Source of the DNA: Ginglymostoma cirratum
Taxonomy: Eukaryota
Direction of reading: 5' to 3'
DNA length: 64,000 nucleotides
Assembly (NCBI GenBank): GCA_024137785.1
Contig: JAHRHZ010000109.1
Location: forward strand, 477,659-541,658
Shown here: piece after piece, positions 36,345 to 48,719 of the stretch
How the letters are laid out: each line of letters opens with the position of its first letter
How positions within the stretch are numbered: the first letter of the stretch is position 1
Notes under the pieces: model-generated
Told to the model about the DNA's origin: nothing
Database searches by the model: none
What the model saw: the letters and a program-made list of their open reading frames with translations, nothing else
Made by a program: the position numbers and the translations under genes

Positions 36345-37105
36345 GCAGAGTATAGATAATTATTTATTTTCAGGTTGGAAATCTGCAACTAGTGGAATTC
36401 CTCAGGGATCGTTGTGAGGTCATCAACAGTTTACAAACTAGATTATCGATTTGGATGAGGGGCTGATAGGATTGGAGCTCAATTTGCTAGTACACCAGTA
36501 TAGTCATCCAATAAGATGTCAAGTGGAGGTAAAACATCTACAATGGTGTATAGACAGGGGATGATAATGAGCAAAGTTTCGGCATTGCAAATAAAAGATT
36601 ACAATGCGGATTCTGGGACATTTGTGTTATGGGGAAAGGATAAAATGGCAATCAATTATATGACTGGAGAGAGAATGCACAGCTCAGTACTCAGGAGGGA
36701 TTTGTGTCTCCTGGTACATAAATCATTTAAAGTTAGTTTGAAGATGTTGCAAATGATTTGGAAAGTAAATGGAATACTGCTGTTTCTCACAAAGGGTGCC
36801 AGGTATGGTATCAGGTATGTTTCCCTGCTTCTGTACAGGGCTTTGCTGAGATTCCATCTAATGCACTGTCTGTAGCTGTAATTCCCTCAACTTGAAAAAA
36901 AAACACAATGGCCTTTGAAATTTTTCAAAGATGGTTCACTATATGCTGTCCTGTGATGTTGGCATTATGTTATGGAGGATTAACAGTTTAGGCCTGAGAA
37001 CGAGAAATATTCGTGACTATATAAGATCTTGAGGAGATTGTAAATGGTGAATACCTGACGTATAATTAGTCTTGAATGGGAGAATAAAACTGGAGAATTA
37101 ATTTT
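36345..37105 (+). mobile_element. Decayed CR1 RT fragment
   Basis: SGIPQGS (agtggaattcctcaggg), KFA and LLLYRALLRFHL. Confidence 0.75.
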
Positions 37106-37837
37106 AAAAAATAAAACAGGTTCTGAGGAAGATTCACTTGGCCTGAAAAATTAATTCTAATTTCTCTTCATATATGCTGCTCGGATGCTGAGCTTTTCCA
37201 GTAATTTCTGTATTTGTTTAGGAATAAGACACATTCATTTTAACACAGATGTTGTGAAGACATTAAATTTGTTATTTTTAATTTATGCAGTAACATGTAA
37301 ACATATCTTCAAATTAAGTGGGGCCATTTGTTGCTAAGGAAATGGCTCTGTGTATGACAGCAGCAACGATGCACCTACATGGAGCAGGAAATGTGATGGA
37401 AACATACAGATCGAACAATGTTCAAGGAGACCTCACATGTTCCAGTTTGGCGGTCGGATAACATTATTGTGAATTTCAACTCAGAGAAGAGGAAAAAACG
37501 GAACCTGCCTGAAAAGCAACAGCCTATTGCTCCCTCTCTTTTTCCTTGTTCCTCATCACATAAATGTATGAGAGCTGAAAACGCACCAATCATCTTTAGC
37601 ACTCGCGGAGAATTCATGACAAGGATTCATTGGAATCTCCCTCTACATGTAGCAAAGGGAATTCAGCCAAATTTAACTGTTCCAGGAAATAATACCATTG
37701 CCAACAACTTGTGCGAGCAGAATAAATTTGGAAGCAGAACAACATTTGGGACAATCTCTCTCACTTTTCCTTTCGTCATGAGTTCAACTATTACGTGGAC
37801 AAAGTTCTTTCAAATTAATATTTCAGGTTGTCATTAA

Positions 37838-37936
37838 ATGTGTGTGTGTGTGTGTTTGTGTGTGCGTATGTGTGTCTGTGCGTGTGTGTGTCAGTTCCTG
37901 TGTGTGTGTGTGCTTGTGCATGTGTGAACTGTGTGC
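37838..37936. repeat. Imperfect (TG)n microsatellite
   Basis: Direct sequence. Confidence 0.9.
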
Positions 37937-38214
37937 GTCATTCTTCTTTCCATCATAGTTTAAGTAAATTTGTTTTCGTCATAAACGTGTCATTTTAGCA
38001 GATTGAAGAAAACTGCCTGATTCGTTCCTTACACTGACCCTGACCCAGTCTAAGACCTATATTATCGGCCACATCACCAACCTGGTTACATTTTAAATTT
38101 GTTGTGACCAGTGGAGAAGTGGGACTACAAAAGGAAACAGTGACCCGACAAGCCAGTGCACCATAGACCATTGAGGCTAACATGAGTTGTGGCTATGTTG
38201 TTGGAGGGGATATT

Positions 38215-39525
38215 GATGGATAGGGTTTACATGCATTTGGAAAGGCAAGCATTGATTAGGGATAGTAAACATGGCTTTGTGCAGTGTAAATCGTGTCTCA
38301 CTAACTTGATTATTTTGAAGAGTTGATAAACAAAATTGATGAAGGCAGTATGGCAGACGTTTTCTTTATGGGCTTCAGGAAGGTGTTCGATAAGACTCTG
38401 AATGGTAAGCAGATTAGTAATGGTAGTTCACATGGGATCCAGGAAGAGTTAGCCAATTGAATTCAAAATTGGCTTGAAGACAGAGGATTGTTTTCCAGAC
38501 TGAAGTCCTGTGACCAATGGTGTGCCACAAGTATCAGTGCTGACTTCACTGCTTTTCATTATTAATATAAAGGATTTGGATGTGAATACCAGAGACATGG
38601 TTAATAAGTTTACAGATGATTTTAAAAAGTGGAGCAGTGGACAGTGGTGAAGTTTATCTCAGAGTGCAATTGGACATTGATCAGACGGGCCGATGGGCCA
38701 ATGGACCAAGGAATGGCTGATGGATTTTAATTTAGATAAATGAGAGGTTTTGCATTTGGTAAGGCAAAGCAGGGCAGGACTTTTACAGTTAATGCTAGGG
38801 TCCTGGGGAGTGTTGCTGAATAAAGAGACTTTGGGTGCACGCACATAATTCATTGAAAGTGGAGTAGCATGTAGACAAGATAGGGAAGGACACATTTGCC
38901 ACGATTATCTTAATCAGTCAGAGCATTGACTATAGGAGTTGGGATAGCATGTTACTCCTGTCCAGGATGTCGATGAGGCCACTTTAAGAATTCTGCGTAA
39001 TTTTCGTTGGTTCTGCTAAAGGAAGAAAGTTGTTAACCTTGAGAGGATGCAGAATTAGATTTACAAGGATGTTCCTCGACTGGAGGGTTTGAACTGTGGG
39101 GAGACGCTGAATAGTTTGAAGTGTTTTCCACTGGAGTGTCAGAGGCTGAGGGGTGACATGACAGAGCTTTATAAAATCATGAGGGGCATGAATAGTCTGA
39201 ACATCCAAGGTCCGTTTCCCAGGAGAGGGGATGTCAAAAGTAAAGTGCTAAGTTTGAAGGTGAGAGGGGAAAGACTTAGTAGCGAACTTCGGGCAACGTT
39301 TTGACGCAGAGAGTGGTGTGTGAACAGAAAAGTGCTATCAGAAGTGATGAAAGTCTGTCCAATTACACAGCTAAAAAGTAGTTGTATTGGTACATGAATA
39401 GGAAACGTTTAGAAGTATCTGGACCAAATACTGGCAAATGGAAATAGATCAGATTACATATCGAGTCAGCGTGGACAAGTTGGACTAAATTATCGGTTTC
39501 TGTGCTGTGTGACTTTCTGATTCTA
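38215..39525 (+). mobile_element. 5'-truncated CR1 LINE (RT plus 3' UTR)
   Basis: HGFVQCKSCLTNL, GVPQVSVL, KFTDD and RLRGDMTELYKIMRG. Confidence 0.9.
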
Positions 39526-39601
39526 TAAGGAGGATAAGAAGGAATTCTAAAAGGGCATTTGAAGTGGGAATTATCTTCCCCAGAAGTCTGTGGTGCCTTT
39601 C

Positions 39602-40147
39602 TGTTGACATTTATTCGAAGCTAATATAATGAAAGAGTTGACAGATATTAAGAAAACCAATTTACTTAAACACTTCAGTTAATATACAAACAAAGAAAGA
39701 GGAATTTAGAATAACCTAACTTCTGGAAAACCTAACAACATAATAGTTACAGCAACTATGACTAATTAACGGTTCCAGTATAGTAACAGCCCATAAACAC
39801 ACACATTGGTAAAAAATAAAATTCAGACACAGGTTCTCACATGCAGTTCTCCAATCCAGGAGAAAAAAAAAAGTCATACACCGAAAATTCAGCAGACAGG
39901 AGACATCCACTGACGCTTCCAACTCTGTTGAGACCCCTATAGTTTCTGAGGCAAATGAAAAGCAAAACTCAGAAATTTTAACATGTGAGAGCTCGTCACA
40001 CTCATTCAGGCTGCTTTGAAAATAAAAGAGGCCTCTCAGGCTGTGTACTCAAGTGGTCTTTACTCGACAGCTTTGTGCCTCTCGTTCAATCCCTCTCTTA
40101 AAAGAAACCAGGCCCAAATATAATCTTACAGTTACAGCATTGTCATA
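39602..40147. mobile_element. Possible solo LTR
   Basis: A non-coding block of about 545 bp starting tgttgaca and ending in tgtca(ta), with LTR-like composition. Recognised only by general resemblance. Confidence 0.3.
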
Positions 40148-42138
40148 CTAGTTCGCACATCGAGCTGTTACACAGGAACCCGGGGAAGGCCAATTAGGCA
40201 CTTGGCCCTGCTGTACAGCCCCTTGAGTCACTTACATATGAACAGGAGGAGGCCATTCAGCTCCGACAATCACTTACATGGAAACAGAGTGTGGTAACTG
40301 ATGCTCCAACATGACAAGCAAATGGAGCAGAGGTTGCACAGATAGTCTGCTTCACGCTGTTCATCGTGTCTCCATTGCTCATGGTACACATGTGGTACTT
40401 TAATGTAGTTTTATAGCAGTGAGGTGGGAAGCCTAATGTTTTGCGCAAAATCTCAAGTAGGCATCCTTTGAAAAGACTTGTGTTCTGTCTGGAGATCAGA
40501 ATTTGGTAGGAATGGCTAATCATTTCAGAAACAGTGTATAATGGCTGATCTCGGGATTGTGAACAACATGACGTTCAGTGTAAGGTCACACATTAATATG
40601 GGGAGATTTCATTCAGAGCCTGCACTTCTCTCTGAATTGACATGGGGCGCTATATTATTTAACATGGAAAATTTACATGTATTTACGCGGGAAAAGTATG
40701 GAAGTTTTCACCCTGTCAATGTCTTTTTTGAGCATAAGTGCTCACTGCCAACCCTCAAGTTTTAATGCAATTATCTCTTATTCTCGCACAGCGCGACAGA
40801 TTAAACACTCAGTTTCTTCACTGTCTCCTTATGGTGCCATCAACTCAGTGATTAGACTGGTGACACCCATTTGTACCGTGTCTGTGGCAAGGAGGTCTTT
40901 CCTTAAAAAATGATCAAACCTGTACACAATGCTACTAAATACTTTCTCATCAATGCTCTGCAAGTGCAGATACATGGTTTTATTAATGTGCTTGTGTCAT
41001 CTACAATGACGGACTACATTCCATTTACTTCCCTCATTACTGATACCCCTGTATGTCCTATTTGTGGCGAGCTATGATCAAGGTCATGCAGGAACCAGAA
41101 ATTCCAGAATCTAAGGAATTTTGAAGGGCAATTAATAATTCTTTCTTGTCGTTTCAAGTTTTAGATGACGTTTGGATATGTACGTCAATAGGAAACAATT
41201 GGAGGGCTATGGGCCAAGACCCGACAGGTGGGATTAGGATAGTTTGGGATAATGTTTGACATGGACTGGTTGGACTGAAGAGCTGTATGACCATGTAACT
41301 CTTTCACTAGCTCTATTACCACCTCCATGTGTACCCTGGGATGTACCAGAGCAACGTACCAAACTTCAGTTCAATTAGCTTTGAGTAATTCCTCTTTATT
41401 AATTCGAATCTCCCAAAGTTACTCATTTTCACAGCCACTCCGTCCTGTAGAATTTCTGGATGATTTTCTGTATCTTCTTCTGTGGAGACACAAGTAATGT
41501 ATTCCACTCAGCAGTGGGTCAATGGGGTTGCGATGAATTGAGATAGCCTCTGTCAACAAGAGAATACATCGGAACACTGCACTTAGGAGATGATGGATAT
41601 GGCACTCCGTCCTATTCGGAGAGTTCTAGAATCGAAACAGTTCAATGGAACTGTCATTTCATGGCCACCAACAGGTTATGCTGAAACAGCTGACACAAAG
41701 CTGTGACAACCTCATTTTAGAAACAAACTGGCATCACACTTTGCAACTAGCAAAGGCCCAGGTATAGACAAGAATATGTTTGCAATCAAAATATTTGTAA
41801 CTGGAAGACTGGCCAGAAGCGAGCTGCAACGGGAAAGGTGTAGATGATGGTTTATTCAGAAGCAGCACTGAAGCAGAAGTGAACACTGGGGATATTAGTG
41901 GTGTTAGAGGGAATATTGAGATATAAATCAGCTCAGAAGAAAATGGGGCATTCGTGGAATTGAACACTTTTTATCCCTCAGATATTTGCAACTGAAGAGT
42001 AAAAAAGCCATTGAATAAGATTGTAGTCGAAAATGAATACAATAGTTTGCATCGTTGCCATATAAAGAGCATAGAAATTGAGATGCTATTCACAAAGATT
42101 TACGGAATTAATAAATGGACAGAGAAATAAAGACTAAC

Positions 42139-42364
42139 CGGGAACACCAACAATAGCGAGGATGGGATAGTAACCTGCCTGAATAATTAACAGTACACTG
42201 TATATCCACAATATCAACGGTACCCAATCTAAAGAAAGCCAGAAAGGACCATAGGATAAACTCCTGTCCATTGCTGAAACATGCCAATCTATTACTCTCA
42301 GATTCTGGTATATTGTTGTCAGATTCCCGTCTATGGTTCTGAGATTCTGATCCATTTTTGGCAT
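42139..42364 (-). CDS. Exon 1 of the intact GPR139-like GPCR
   Basis: MPKMDQNLRT...GYYPILAIVGVP then a phase-1 donor G|GTTAGT at 42138. It joins the acceptor at 28277 in frame (P-V-N-V-V-T) for about 402 aa. The exon pairing is inferred across a 13.9 kb intron. Confidence 0.8.
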
Positions 42365-42449
42365 ATTACAAACTGCTGGTCACGGATTCTGACCTCTCCT
42401 TCTCTCTGGATTTAATGATCCCAGTTGTGTTGAGGGTATTGGTGCCGCT

Positions 42450-42590
42450 GATGTTATGGGATAACACATTGAAAGAAACCCCTTATTACTAGGAGAGATA
42501 AATCCTCCAGTGACACGGCTAGTATCCATGGAGATTGGCATTAATTTGAGTCATGGAACAAACAGCTCCAGTTAACCCTTTTCACTGCAA
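42450..42590 (-). promoter_or_regulatory. Putative proximal promoter of GPCR paralog 2
   Basis: Homologous to 17790-17940 at a similar distance from the ATG. Confidence 0.55.
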
Positions 42591-43304
42591 CACTTTTAAC
42601 GTCACAACAATACCTGTTCTGGATGGGATATTGACATCGCCTGCTATTGGTCTTATTGACCATCTCTAATTCTTCTAACAATGTTAAATGTAAGGGAGAA
42701 AAGTCTCTTTACAGACTGGATAACTCTGCAGTGTTATTGACATACGATGCTCTATGTACACGCATTCCTAAGAGCTAATCAAGAGGTTGTTACAACTTTG
42801 ATGCATCATCCACCACGACAACTGCCAATCGAAAAACTGTCTCTGGCCACAACTGCACAAAACACACACAGAAAGTGTGGATTTCCCTGAATTTTCCTCT
42901 CACTGCTCGAAAGGTGCTTGGGCGGTTGAAAGCTCTGAAGGTGGATAAATTAACCAGATCAGATGGCCTGCACCCCATAATTCGAAGGAGATGATTAAGG
43001 AGATTGTTGAGGCTTTGCTGGTGGTCTTTCAGGGATTACTCGTGTCAGAGAGGATCCCAGAGGACTGGCAAATATTATCCATCTGCTTACGGAGAGAGGG
43101 TCTCAGAAGACGGGAAATCATAGGTGGCCGGGCAAGTTGAAATTGTTGTTATGAAGACTCAGTGGATCCTTGGGTTTATGAATAGATGCATGGACTATAA
43201 AAGCAAGGAAGGTGTGGATAATATTGAAAGTTGTATGCTCAAGCTACAGCATCACAAGTGTTAAATTTACAAACAGAGAGCGTAATAACGGCTGATGATG
43301 GAGT

Positions 43305-43403
43305 CAGAGAAAACGTGATGTGGAGTTGGAGGAGCACAGCAGGCCAGGAAGCATCAGAGGGAGCAGGAAAGTTGATGTTTCGGTTCGGAACCCTTCTTCA
43401 GTC
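43305..43403 (-). mobile_element. Diverged short Penelope-derived hammerhead-motif element
   Basis: The minus strand reads ctgaagaagggttccgaaccgaaacatcaactttcctgctccctctgatgct. Confidence 0.7.
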
Positions 43404-43669
43404 AAAAAAAGAAACACGATTACAAACAGCAGACTTGCAAGCGGGATTGAAACAAAGGAAATCAAAACAGGGACCAACATAAATGACAAACAAACTGTTG
43501 CCTAGGCCCTGTGGTTAGGATGCAGGGAAAAGCTTGCAAGTAAATACACTAAAAAAAGTCTAAAAAACACTATTAAAGCTGATTCTGTGGCGATCCCAAC
43601 GAGCAACTATGTAGTGTGCATTGAAGAAGAAATAAAGATGGATATTTGAAAAGATCGCGGACTCGTTCC

Positions 43670-44015
43670 TCAATTCTTAGCAACCCAAGTCACACCTTCC
43701 AGAAGCAACATCATTTCACATGTATTCTTTCAATCCAGTCTTCTGTTGTTGCTGCTGAAAATGCAGTCTCCTTTACACAGGTGAGACCAAACAGAGACTG
43801 CTTTGCAGAACACTTCCACTTTGTCTGTAGGAATAACCTTGACCTTCTCATTGCTTCCCATTTCAATAAACTGCCTTACACTCATGTACACTTTTCGGTC
43901 CGACGCTGCGGTAATGTTCTGATTAAGCACACCCTAAGCTGGAGTGACACTTCATTTTACAGTTTGGTACTTTACGACCTGGAGGACTTAATATTCAATT
44001 CCAAAACTTCATAGC
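43670..44015 (+). mobile_element. Decayed Penelope GIY-YIG fragment
   Basis: HTFQKQHHFTC...DCFAEHFHFVCRNNLDLLIASHFN, homologous to 45721-46314. Confidence 0.75.
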
Positions 44016-44081
44016 ATGATCCGATATGACTGTTCTCCATTTTGCATACATTTTCCCCCTCCCAGTCTCCGTTTTACCATA

Positions 44082-44716
44082 GGTAACAAGGTATAGACCA
44101 GGATGAACACAGCAGGCCAAGCAGCATCAGAGGAGCAGGAAGGCTGACGTTTCGGGCTTAGACCCTTCTTCAGAAATGGGGGAGTGGAAGGGCGTTCTGA
44201 AATAAATAGGGAGAGGGGGGAGGCGGATATATGATGGATCGAGGAGAAAATAAGTGGAGATGAGACAGACAGGTCAACGAGGCAGGGATGGAGCCAGTAG
44301 AGGTGAGTGTAGGTGGGGAGGTAGGGACGAGATAGGTCAGTCCAGGGAGGACGGACAGGTCAAGGGGGCGGGATGAGGTTAGTAGGTAGAAGATGGGAGT
44401 GGGGCTTGGGGTGGGAGGAGGGGACAGGTGGGAGGAAGGACAGGTTAGGGAGGCGTGGACGAGCTGGTCTAGTTTTGGGATGCAGTAGGGGTAGGGGAGA
44501 TCTTGAAGCTTGTGAAGTCCACATTGATACCATTGGGCTGCAGGTTTCACAAGCGGAATATGAGTTGCTGTTCCTGCAACCTTCGGGCAGCATCATTGTG
44601 GCACTGCAGGAGGCCCAGGATGGACATGTCGTCTGAGGAATGGGAGGAGGAGTTGAAATGGTTCGCAACTGGGAGGTGCAGTTGTTTAGTGAGAACCGAG
44701 CGTAGGTGTTCTGCAG
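44082..44716 (-). mobile_element. Penelope-like element 3' end (GIY-YIG C-terminus, CT-rich UTR, hammerhead-motif terminal repeat)
   Basis: AEHLRSVLTKQLHLPVANHFNSSSHS...LQEQQLIFRL. Core CTGAAGAagggtctaagcccGAAACGTC at 44146-44173. Confidence 0.9.
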
Positions 44717-45524
44717 ATGCTGCCAGACCTGATTTTCTCCAGAAATGAATAGGCATAGAGCAAATTTTCAGGAAAACACAGTACTGTGGATATTGTAAAT
44801 GTGGAAAAATAAACAAAAAAAATGGAGAAACTGGAAGCTTCGAGGAAGGATCATGAGACGTGAAACATTAACTGCTTTCACTCCACAGATGCTGCCAGAC
44901 ATGCTTAGTTTCTCCAACAATTTCTGTTTTTGTCTAAATTCTAATGACGTGTGTCAAAGCTGCTCAATAGCCCTGTACAACATGAAGCACCAACACCTGG
45001 AAGTGAACAATAGCACAAGGTGCACAAATTCATTGATTCTGAAACTCCATAAGGCTGGCATCACTGACATATACATCTTAATCATGGTCTGGGAGAGAAA
45101 CAGAGGGAAACACATTCACTTTAAACACTGTAGATGACACTACTGGAAGGGAAAATGTTCACATGAATATGTTAAAAGGTTTTGAGGAATGTGACAAATT
45201 GGAAGCATGACACCATGGAAAGACGCTCAGAACAATAAGAATATTAAAATTGAATTGGTACCACATCAGAACCAAGAATAGGTCACTGCGGACAGGGGCA
45301 ATGGTGACTCGGTGTGAACTGGGGGACAAGCAGCACAATTACATTGTACGTACTGCAGCGTAAAACTGTGCACTCATGTGGAGATGCATTCCACTACAAT
45401 TTTTTTTTGCCTGGGATAATACCTCAGTCTCCCATTACCATAAAGCCCATCAACGATTCAGTGACGAATGCGGGTGAACATGCCAGGATCAGGACAATAT
45501 GAACCGAAGATAGATGGCAACCCG

Positions 45525-46682
45525 TTAATTCTTCAAGGACGGCAACTTCCCCCCCGCCAGTGGTCGAGAACGCCCTCGACCGTGTCTCCCGCATTTCAAC
45601 CGCAACTCATTCCTCACACCCCGTCCCCGCAATAATAACCAAAAAAGAATCCCCCTCATTCTCACGTACCACCCCACCAAACTTCGGATCCAACGCATCA
45701 TCCTCCAACGCTTCCGCCATATGCAATCTGACCCCAACACCAAAGACATTTTTCCCTCCCCACCCTTATCTGTTTTCTGGAGGGACCACTCCCTCCGTGA
45801 CTCCCTTGTCCGCTCCACACTCCCCTCCAGCCCCACCACACACGGGACTTTTCCCTGTAACTGCAGGAAGTGCTACACCTGCCCCCAGACCTCCTCCCTC
45901 ACCCCAATCCCAGGCCCCAAGAAGACTTTCCACATCAGGCAGATGTTCACCTGCACATCTGCCAATGTGGTATACTGCATCTGCTGTACCCGTTGTGGCT
46001 TCCTCTACATCGGGGAAACCAGGCGGAGGCTTGGGGACCGCTTTGCAGAACACCTGCGTTCAGTTCGCAACAAACAACTGCACCTCCCAGTCGCGAACCA
46101 TTTCAACTCCCCCTCCCATTCCTCAGACGACATGTTCATCCTGGGCCTCCTGCAATGCCACAGTGATGCCACCCGAAGGCTGCAGAAACAGCAAATCATA
46201 TTCAGCCTGGGAACCCTGCAGCCGAATGGTATCAATGTGGATTTCACAAGCTTCAAAATCTCCCCGCCCCCAACCGCATCCCAGAACCAGCCCAGCTCAT
46301 CTCCGCCTCCCTAACCTGTCCTTCCTCGTACCTATCCCCTCCTCCCACCTCAGGCCCCAGCCCCATCTCCTATCTACTAACCTCATCCCGCCCCCTTGAC
46401 CTGTCCGCCCTCCCTGGACTGACTTATCTCCTCCCTACCCCACCACCTACACTCTCCTTAACTGGCTCCATCCGAGCCTCTTCGACTTGTCTGCCTCCTC
46501 TCCACCTATACTCTCCTCTATCCACCTTCTATCCGCCTCCCCGTCTTTCCCTATTTATTTCAGAACCCTCTTCCCCTCCCCCATTTCTGGTGAAGTGTCT
46601 GGCCCCGAAACGTCAAGCTTTCCTGCTCCTATGATGTTGCTTGGCCTGCTGTGTTCATCCAGCCCCACACCTTGTTATCTCG
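45525..46682 (+). mobile_element. 5'-truncated Penelope-like element (RT-EN linker, GIY-YIG endonuclease, terminal repeat)
   Basis: GTFPCNCRKCYTCP...FTCTSANVVYCICCTRCGFLYIGETRRRLGDRFAEH...LGTLQPNGIN. Mutated hammerhead core ctggtgaagtgtctggccccgaaacgtc near 46587-46614. It is inserted inside an older LINE. Confidence 0.93.
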
Positions 46683-47180
46683 AAATCTACTGCACTTGTC
46701 TGCTTGCTTTCCGAACAGCAGGACTAGCATCTGAGAGAGAGGGCAAAGTCATCCCAAGATCTAAGCTCGGCCATGTCCAGTCATAAATGGTGGTGGAATA
46801 TTAAACAACTCAATGGAGGAGAGGGCTCTTCAAATATCTCCATCCTAAATAATGGAACAGCCCCACACATCAGTGCAAAAGACAAGGCTGTATTATCTGT
46901 CCCATGCTCAGCCAGAAGTATCACGTGCATGATCCACCTCACTCTCATCATGATGTTCAGAGAATCACAGATGTCAGTTTTCAACCAATTCGATTCGCTG
47001 CAGGGGGCACCATGAATAAGTTGAACACAGTAGATACGACAAAGGCGATGGACCTTGACACCATTCCTGCAATATACTGAAGGCTTGTGCTGCACAACCA
47101 GCTATGTCCCTGGGGAAGCTGTCTTATTACAGTTCCAACTCTGACATCTACCTGGAATTGTGGACAACGACTTAGCTACA
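46683..47180 (+). mobile_element. Fragment of a second non-LTR retrotransposon family (CR1/L2 group)
   Basis: KWWWNIKQLNGGEGSSNISILNNG..HISAKDKA followed by KAMDLDTIPAI (KAxGPD-like). Confidence 0.7.
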
Positions 47181-48719
47181 TCAAGAGCAGTCAGACTGCA
47201 GAGAAATAACTTGCTCAGTGTGGTTTCTGTTCGGTTCCCATGTGGAGATGGTGTTTGTTAGTCTTGCCCATAACTGAACAGTACAAAATGGCCAACGGCT
47301 GCCATGATTAATGCAGTAGAATAAGGCTGACAATAATATCTCAAGTTTTCTGAAAGTGCATAAAGACATAGATTATAACATTTAATATTTGATAGAACCT
47401 CAAGTCTGCAGCTGATGGATAAGACATAGTTAAGAATGTCTTACACAAATTATTTGTTTAATCAACAACTATAATTATAGATCTGAATTATTATTAGAAA
47501 AAAACATTAAGGAAAAGATTCAAACTAGTTTCATACAGGAAAAATCAACCTCACCTTTATCACTTCAGGGAGGAATGAATACAGAAATTACAAGATATTG
47601 GAATGTGAATTGCCTGAACTCACTGAGACACAACTTGCCAGTTACAGAATTCTAAAATTAGTTGTAATCACACAACCTTTTGGAAAATGGTCAAAAATCA
47701 ATATTATTTCCTGTAATGAAAATTTTTATAGGTTCTGAAGTAATCAGCAAATATTGGTAGTTAAAAGAGTGCAGCTGTTGTTACTTGAATAGAGTATCCA
47801 TTGTGAAAAGCCTCAAGAAAGGAAATAAAAGTCTGGAAGACATCATGAAGGACCAAGGGTAGGCCATAAACCTGTTTTTCACTTTGTAGTTTTGCAAAAG
47901 CATGCTTAAATTATACCAGGGAGCCAATGACAGAGGGCAACGGTTCCACTGACTAACAATAATCGAAGCAGGCATGGAGGTGGGGTGGTGCGTGTGCACT
48001 CTAAGTTTAAACTGTATAAATTAAGACATTCTGACGCCTTGTATGTGTCCCTTATGCTGTGCTGTTATTGATGGGTAAGTCACAATACACTTCAACTGAA
48101 CCTGTCTCATTAGAAATATGAGATCCAACAGTGCTGTTGTGGGAATGTCACTGGATTAGTAATCCAGAACAGGTTAATACTCAGGCAGTTGGTGGAAGTT
48201 AAAAACATTTAATAAAATATAGAGATCTAAAATCTGGTGTCAGCCATTGTTACCTTGAACCCAATATCGATTGTTAACACCAATTTGCTTCACCAATGTA
48301 CTTTCAGGAAGCAAATCTACTGTGCATTCCTTTCTGGCCTAAAAGTGATTCCAGACACATGGGCATGTGCTGAACTCTTCAATGGTCTCTGAAACAGACA
48401 ATAAAGGCAGTCAATTGCACCAACATGCTCCACGGTCTTAACAGATCAAACCAATGAGAACACCTAGCTCCAGCCTTGGTACCAGAAAAGGGAATGGGAA
48501 ATGCATTCCTGTCAACCTGCAGAGGCCTCCTTCCTAACATCTGAGAGCTCATGGTAACATTTACAGAGCTTTCCCACAGACTACACAGATACATTGGGAA
48601 AGGAGTACACCATTCAGCCCATTGAGCCTCCACCATTTCTACGTCACAACCGACCATCTTTTCAATGTAACTCCCGCAGACAATGTACATATCCCTCAAT
48701 GTGAGTGACCTTCGGAAAA

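Noticed and set aside
37120-37160. Further hammerhead-like remnants (also about 14935-14975, 23741-23771, 44840-44872)
   Set aside because: Core nucleotides or stem II are mutated. Treated as decayed Penelope termini, not functional ribozymes.
27295-42364. Assigning the gene symbol GPR139
   Set aside because: The protein is family-like but clearly a divergent lineage-specific paralog; orthology cannot be shown from this window.
45560-46399. 279-aa Pro/Ser-rich ORF
   Set aside because: Alternative frame over the C-rich Penelope GIY-YIG coding region.
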